A stretch of 52,467 nucleotides of DNA, taken from Ignavibacteriales bacterium CG_4_9_14_3_um_filter_30_11 (lineage in GTDB: Bacteria; Bacteroidota; Ignavibacteria; Ignavibacteriales; Ignavibacteriaceae). The notes below the pieces were generated by a model that saw only the letters and a program-made list of their open reading frames with translations, made no database searches and had not been told where the DNA came from. Shown one piece after another: positions 48,787 through 52,467 of this stretch. Made by a program: the position numbers and the translations under genes. The stretch spans positions 1-52,467 of the forward strand of contig PFVA01000051.1 of the NCBI GenBank assembly GCA_002790365.1, in the 5' to 3' direction. Position 1 is the stretch's first letter, and the number at the start of each line of letters is the position of its first letter.

Positions 48787-49176
48787 GTTATTAAGTTTTT
48801 TATTGAGAACTTACATCCAGAAAAAATGAAAAGTTTTTAATTTATTTCTTGCCCTGTTTGATAACTTTTATTATGTTATCCAATATTGATTAAGAATTTT
48901 AGAAAGACTATTTTTAGTCACCGAAAAAATTTAAGTATCTATACTATTTATTTTATTTAAAAATATTATTGAAAAATTGATACAATCTCTTTACAACAAA
49001 TTTCAACTCTCAATCCGAGAGAATTTCCTAAATAACCAAGAATACTACCTCATATCATTTATGAGTGAGTTTTTAATTAATTATTTTATCCATAACAAAC
49101 AAGGAGTCATATAATATAGCTAGACTATACTAATTACTTAAATCACTAATTTAAATAACTTAAGAAGGAATCATTT

Positions 49177-52100
49177 ATGAAAAAGGTTTACACCAAAATG
49201 ACTTTCATAATTGTTGCAGCACTATTAATGTTTTTGCAGATTACAATTACTGCACAAACAACTGCGAGTATCAGTGGTTCAATTAACGACCAGAGTGGTG
49301 ATCCATTGGTTGGTGCAACAATAATTGCAGTGCATGTTCCTACCGGAACGCAATATGGAACCACAACAAGATTGGATGGTAAATTTAACATCAATGCTGT
49401 TAGGGTTGGAGGCCCATATGAAATAGCAATTTCATATGTTGGATATCAAAAGAAAACACACACAATTGATAATCTGGTACTTAGTCAAGATTATCAATTA
49501 GATGTGAAAATGGTTGAATCTGCTATAGAATTATCAGGTATTACTGTAACCGCAGACAAAAACGCAATAATAAGTTCAGCACGTACCGGTTCTACTCAAA
49601 ATGTTTCAACTAAACAAATTGAAGATATACCAACAATTAGCAGAAGCTTCCAAAATTTTGCTAAATTATCTCCATTGTTTTCAGGTCTTAATTCATCAGC
49701 TGCCGGAAGAAGCAACAGGTTTAATAATATTCAAATCGATGGAACACAGTATAATGATCTATTTGGCTTAGGTTCTTCAGGAACACCCGGAGGTCAGGCA
49801 GGAACAAATCCTATAAGTCTTGATGCTATTCAAGAATTTCAGGTAATTATAGCCCCATTTGATGTTAGATTGAGTGGTTTTACAGGTGGTGGTATAAATG
49901 CAATAACAAGAAGCGGAACAAACAAAATTCAAGGTTCAGTTTTTGGCTTGGGAAGAAATCAAAACCTTGTTGGCGATAAATTAGTCGGTGTTGATAGTCC
50001 CGTAGATGAATTTAAAGAATGGCAATATGGTTTCCGTTTAGGTGGTCCATTAAAAGAAGATAAAGTTTTCTTCTTTGTAAATGGAGAAATTACTGGGCGT
50101 AATACACCAACTACAAATCAATCTTTATCAACTACTGGTGTAGAAGCAGGTGCTATTTTAATGAAATCTATTTTAGGTAGTAGAGGATTATCAGTTGGTG
50201 ATTATGGAGCTTTTACAACAAAACGACCAACTGACAAGTTATTTGCTCGATTGGATTTCAACTTATCTGATAATCACAAATTAAATTTACATTACAATTT
50301 TGTTAATGCTACAAGTGATATTTTGGGAAGCAGAACATCTTCTTCATCTTTTAGTTTTGATTCATATTTATATCAATTTGAGGATATTACAAATAATGTT
50401 GTTGCTCAGTTAAACAGTACCTTTGGTAACAATATGGCAAACGAATTAATAGTTGGTTATACAACTATCAGAGATAAACGAGGTCCAGAAACTACATTGT
50501 TGCCTGAAATTGAGGTAAGGGATGTTGTTACTTACCGTGCAGGTACAGATAGATTTTCATCTGCAAACGCACTTGACCAAGATATTTTTGAAATTTCTGA
50601 TAATTTCACAATATATACAGGTGATCATACATTTACGCTTGGTACACATAATGAGTTTTTCTCATTTACAAATCTTTTCTTAAGATCATTCGGTGGTTTC
50701 TACCAATATAACAGTCTTGCTGATTTACAAGCGGGCAAGGTTGCATTCTATCAAAGAGTGTTTCCACTTATCGGAAATGGTGCAGCAGAATTTTCTGTAA
50801 GACAATATGGTTTCTATGCTCAAGATGAATTTCAAGTTAGTTCAAATTTTAGACTTACCTATGGATTAAGAGTTGATATTCCAACTTATCCAGATGATCC
50901 ACTTAATAATGATTCTGTAAGTACATATTTCCCCGGAGTCTCAACAGCTTCCGCTCCATCGGGCAACATCCTTTGGGCACCACGCGCTGGTTTTAACTTG
51001 GATATTGATGGTAAAAAAACAACCCAAATAAGAGGTGGTGTTGGTATATTTAGCGGCAGACCTGCTTATGTTTGGATTTCAAATCAATATGGTAATACGG
51101 GTAACACATTGGCAGAGGTTAGAGGAAATGGAACATCACTTCAATTCTCACCCGATGCTAAAAAGCAACCTGGACCAGGTGACCCGGGAACTTTTTCAGC
51201 TGCAAAAACTGCTGAAATTGATTTGAGTGACCCAGACCTTAAAATGCCGCAAGTTTTAAGATATAACATTGGTATAGACCACCAGCTACCGCTTGGTTTT
51301 ATTGGTACTGTTGAATTCTTATATACAAAGGCAGTGAACGATTTTGTATATGAAAAATTAAACATAAAAAATCATGACAACCCAGCCGTATTTACTGCTA
51401 ATGGTCCAAATGATACAAGACCATTGTATGGAGGAACTGATAGAAAAAATAATAATTTCTTTGATGTATTGAGATTAAAAAACACAGATGAAGGTTATTC
51501 TTATAATCTAACTTTCCAAGTACAAAGAAATGCTATAAGAGGTTTTTCTGTTAATGCAGGCTACACTTTAGGAAGAGCAAAAGATCTAAACAGTGTTAAT
51601 TCTTCACAAGCAAGATCACAAATGAGATTTAACCCAATAGCCGGAGATCCAAATAATCCGGTATTGTCTAGATCTCAATATGAAATCCGTAATCGTGTTT
51701 TTGCATCAGTTACTTATACCGGTGAATTCTTCAAAAATGCATCAACAATTATCTCAGTTTTCTTTAATGGTGAAAATGGTGCTCCGTTTTCATACATTTA
51801 TCGTAATGACATAAATAATGATGGCTTTGATTCTAACGATTTATTTTATATACCAAGAGATGACAGTGATATATTATTAGGCACAGTATCTGGCGGTGTT
51901 TTTACACCTGATGCACAAATGTATGCGGACTTTAACAGTTTTATTGCAAATGATGAATATTTAAGCGCTAATAGAGGTAAAATTGCTGAGCGTAACGGAG
52001 CTACAAATCCTTGGGTGAGTTATGTTGATTTACATATTGCCCAGGAGGTACCTATAGTTACAGGTCATAAACTTGTATTAAGCCTTGATATTGAAAATTT

Positions 52101-52296
52101 AATGAATTTGATTAATAGCGATTGGGGTGAGAATAATAGTGTCTTTAGTACTTTCCGTATTGTAGACAGACGCGGTACAACTTCTAGTGGCATAAATGTT
52201 TACAAATTTACTGCTCCAGCTAATAATACTCCATTTACAGCCTCCAATTTCTCTTCACGCTGGCAAATGCAGTTAGGTGTTAGGTATACTTTCTAA
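49177..52296 (+). CDS. TonB-dependent receptor with N-terminal carboxypeptidase-regulatory-like domain (Oar-like)
   Basis: Signal peptide, CarboxypepD_reg-like domain (GSINDQSGDPLVGATI...GYQKK), plug region and a large beta-barrel ending in LGVRYTF. Confidence 0.88.
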   Translation: MKKVYTKMTFIIVAALLMFLQITITAQTTASISGSINDQSGDPLVGATIIAVHVPTGTQYGTTTRLDGKFNINAVRVGGPYEIAISYVGYQKKTHTIDNLVLSQDYQLDVKMVESAIELSGITVTADKNAIISSARTGSTQNVSTKQIEDIPTISRSFQNFAKLSPLFSGLNSSAAGRSNRFNNIQIDGTQYNDLFGLGSSGTPGGQAGTNPISLDAIQEFQVIIAPFDVRLSGFTGGGINAITRSGTNKIQGSVFGLGRNQNLVGDKLVGVDSPVDEFKEWQYGFRLGGPLKEDKVFFFVNGEITGRNTPTTNQSLSTTGVEAGAILMKSILGSRGLSVGDYGAFTTKRPTDKLFARLDFNLSDNHKLNLHYNFVNATSDILGSRTSSSSFSFDSYLYQFEDITNNVVAQLNSTFGNNMANELIVGYTTIRDKRGPETTLLPEIEVRDVVTYRAGTDRFSSANALDQDIFEISDNFTIYTGDHTFTLGTHNEFFSFTNLFLRSFGGFYQYNSLADLQAGKVAFYQRVFPLIGNGAAEFSVRQYGFYAQDEFQVSSNFRLTYGLRVDIPTYPDDPLNNDSVSTYFPGVSTASAPSGNILWAPRAGFNLDIDGKKTTQIRGGVGIFSGRPAYVWISNQYGNTGNTLAEVRGNGTSLQFSPDAKKQPGPGDPGTFSAAKTAEIDLSDPDLKMPQVLRYNIGIDHQLPLGFIGTVEFLYTKAVNDFVYEKLNIKNHDNPAVFTANGPNDTRPLYGGTDRKNNNFFDVLRLKNTDEGYSYNLTFQVQRNAIRGFSVNAGYTLGRAKDLNSVNSSQARSQMRFNPIAGDPNNPVLSRSQYEIRNRVFASVTYTGEFFKNASTIISVFFNGENGAPFSYIYRNDINNDGFDSNDLFYIPRDDSDILLGTVSGGVFTPDAQMYADFNSFIANDEYLSANRGKIAERNGATNPWVSYVDLHIAQEVPIVTGHKLVLSLDIENLMNLINSDWGENNSVFSTFRIVDRRGTTSSGINVYKFTAPANNTPFTASNFSSRWQMQLGVRYTF

Positions 52297-52328
52297 ATTT
52301 GACTTATTAACTTTATAAGTTAAAAAAA

Positions 52329-52357
52329 GAACCCCTCTAAAAATGAGGGGTTTTTTA
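52329..52357 (+). terminator. Intrinsic terminator of the TonB-dependent receptor gene
   Basis: aacccctc-N7-gaggggtt hairpin followed by a T run, with an A run upstream (potentially bidirectional). Confidence 0.8.
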
Positions 52358-52393
52358 TTTTAGATTCTAAAAGATAAAATTTATTTTAAACCC

Positions 52394-52467
52394 AAAAAAT
52401 TCATTGGAAATGAATTTTTTGCCGAAGGCCGCTATATAAAATGTTTTTATAAAACATTTTATATAGC
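52394..52467. repeat. Two perfect AT-rich palindromes (12-bp arms and 17-bp arms) at the window edge
   Basis: aaaaaattcatt-gga-aatgaatttttt at 52394-52420. gctatataaaatgtttt-tat-aaaacattttatatagc at 52431-52467. Both checked position by position. Confidence 0.85.

Noticed and set aside
48791-49176. Leader of the TonB-dependent receptor (small hairpins ctctc-aatcc-gagag and ctcat-N7-atgag) as a regulatory RNA
   Set aside because: The stems are only 5 bp and AT-rich, with no recognisable motif class. This is insufficient evidence.
49188-51365. ORFs 49188-49394(-), 51035-51226(+) and 51141-51365(-) within the TonB-dependent receptor gene
   Set aside because: They are nested in a 1039-aa ORF with clear receptor architecture and have no independent support.

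Overview
AT-rich bacterial chromosomal segment, very low G+C judged by eye. Gene content and protein signatures fit the FCB group (Ignavibacteria/Bacteroidota-like), which is an inference only. No rRNA, tRNA or CRISPR array was seen.

Positions 1-39.1 kb form a tightly packed housekeeping block, mostly on the minus strand. In order it carries: pepD, typA, clpS, etfBA (plus strand), a BFN/UVR nuclease, DUF2851, a small secreted protein, pyrF-dcd-rodA-mrdA-mreDCB-purH-purN-pyrG, a Sel1-repeat protein, a molybdopterin operon, an MFS permease, nusB, tonB, vanZ, nnr, and a partial complex I cluster directly downstream of asnS.
- The molybdopterin operon reads CMD-like, half-size ChrA-like, moaA, moaC, moeA, mobA. 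It sits behind a structured leader that looks like a Moco riboswitch with a terminator.
- The complex I cluster reads nuoJ-nuoK-[decayed four-helix-bundle pseudogene]-nuoL-nuoM-[NhaD-like permease]-[121-aa orphan]-nuoN.

Positions 39.4-48.8 kb form an accessory Cu(I)/Ag(I) efflux island. It contains a Cys-rich HxC/CC/PP membrane protein and cusC-cusB-cusA. Next come a secreted Met/Cys-rich protein sharing a C-terminal CPxCGM module with CusB and a His-rich DUF2231-like membrane protein. The island ends with a dead IS4-type transposase fused in frame to the last ~145 codons of a P-type metal ATPase, and a 32-aa CC-terminated membrane peptide.

The window ends with an Oar-like TonB-dependent receptor and a cluster of perfect palindromes.

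The most interesting candidates are these:
- the regulator-less cus island with its non-canonical accessory proteins;
- the ChrA-like/CMD-like pair heading a Moco-leader-controlled operon;
- the permease plus orphan ORF embedded among the complex I antiporter-like subunits;
- a 34-nt exact repeat in inverted orientation 48.7 kb apart.

All homology calls rest on recognised motifs read from the translations. No database search was possible.
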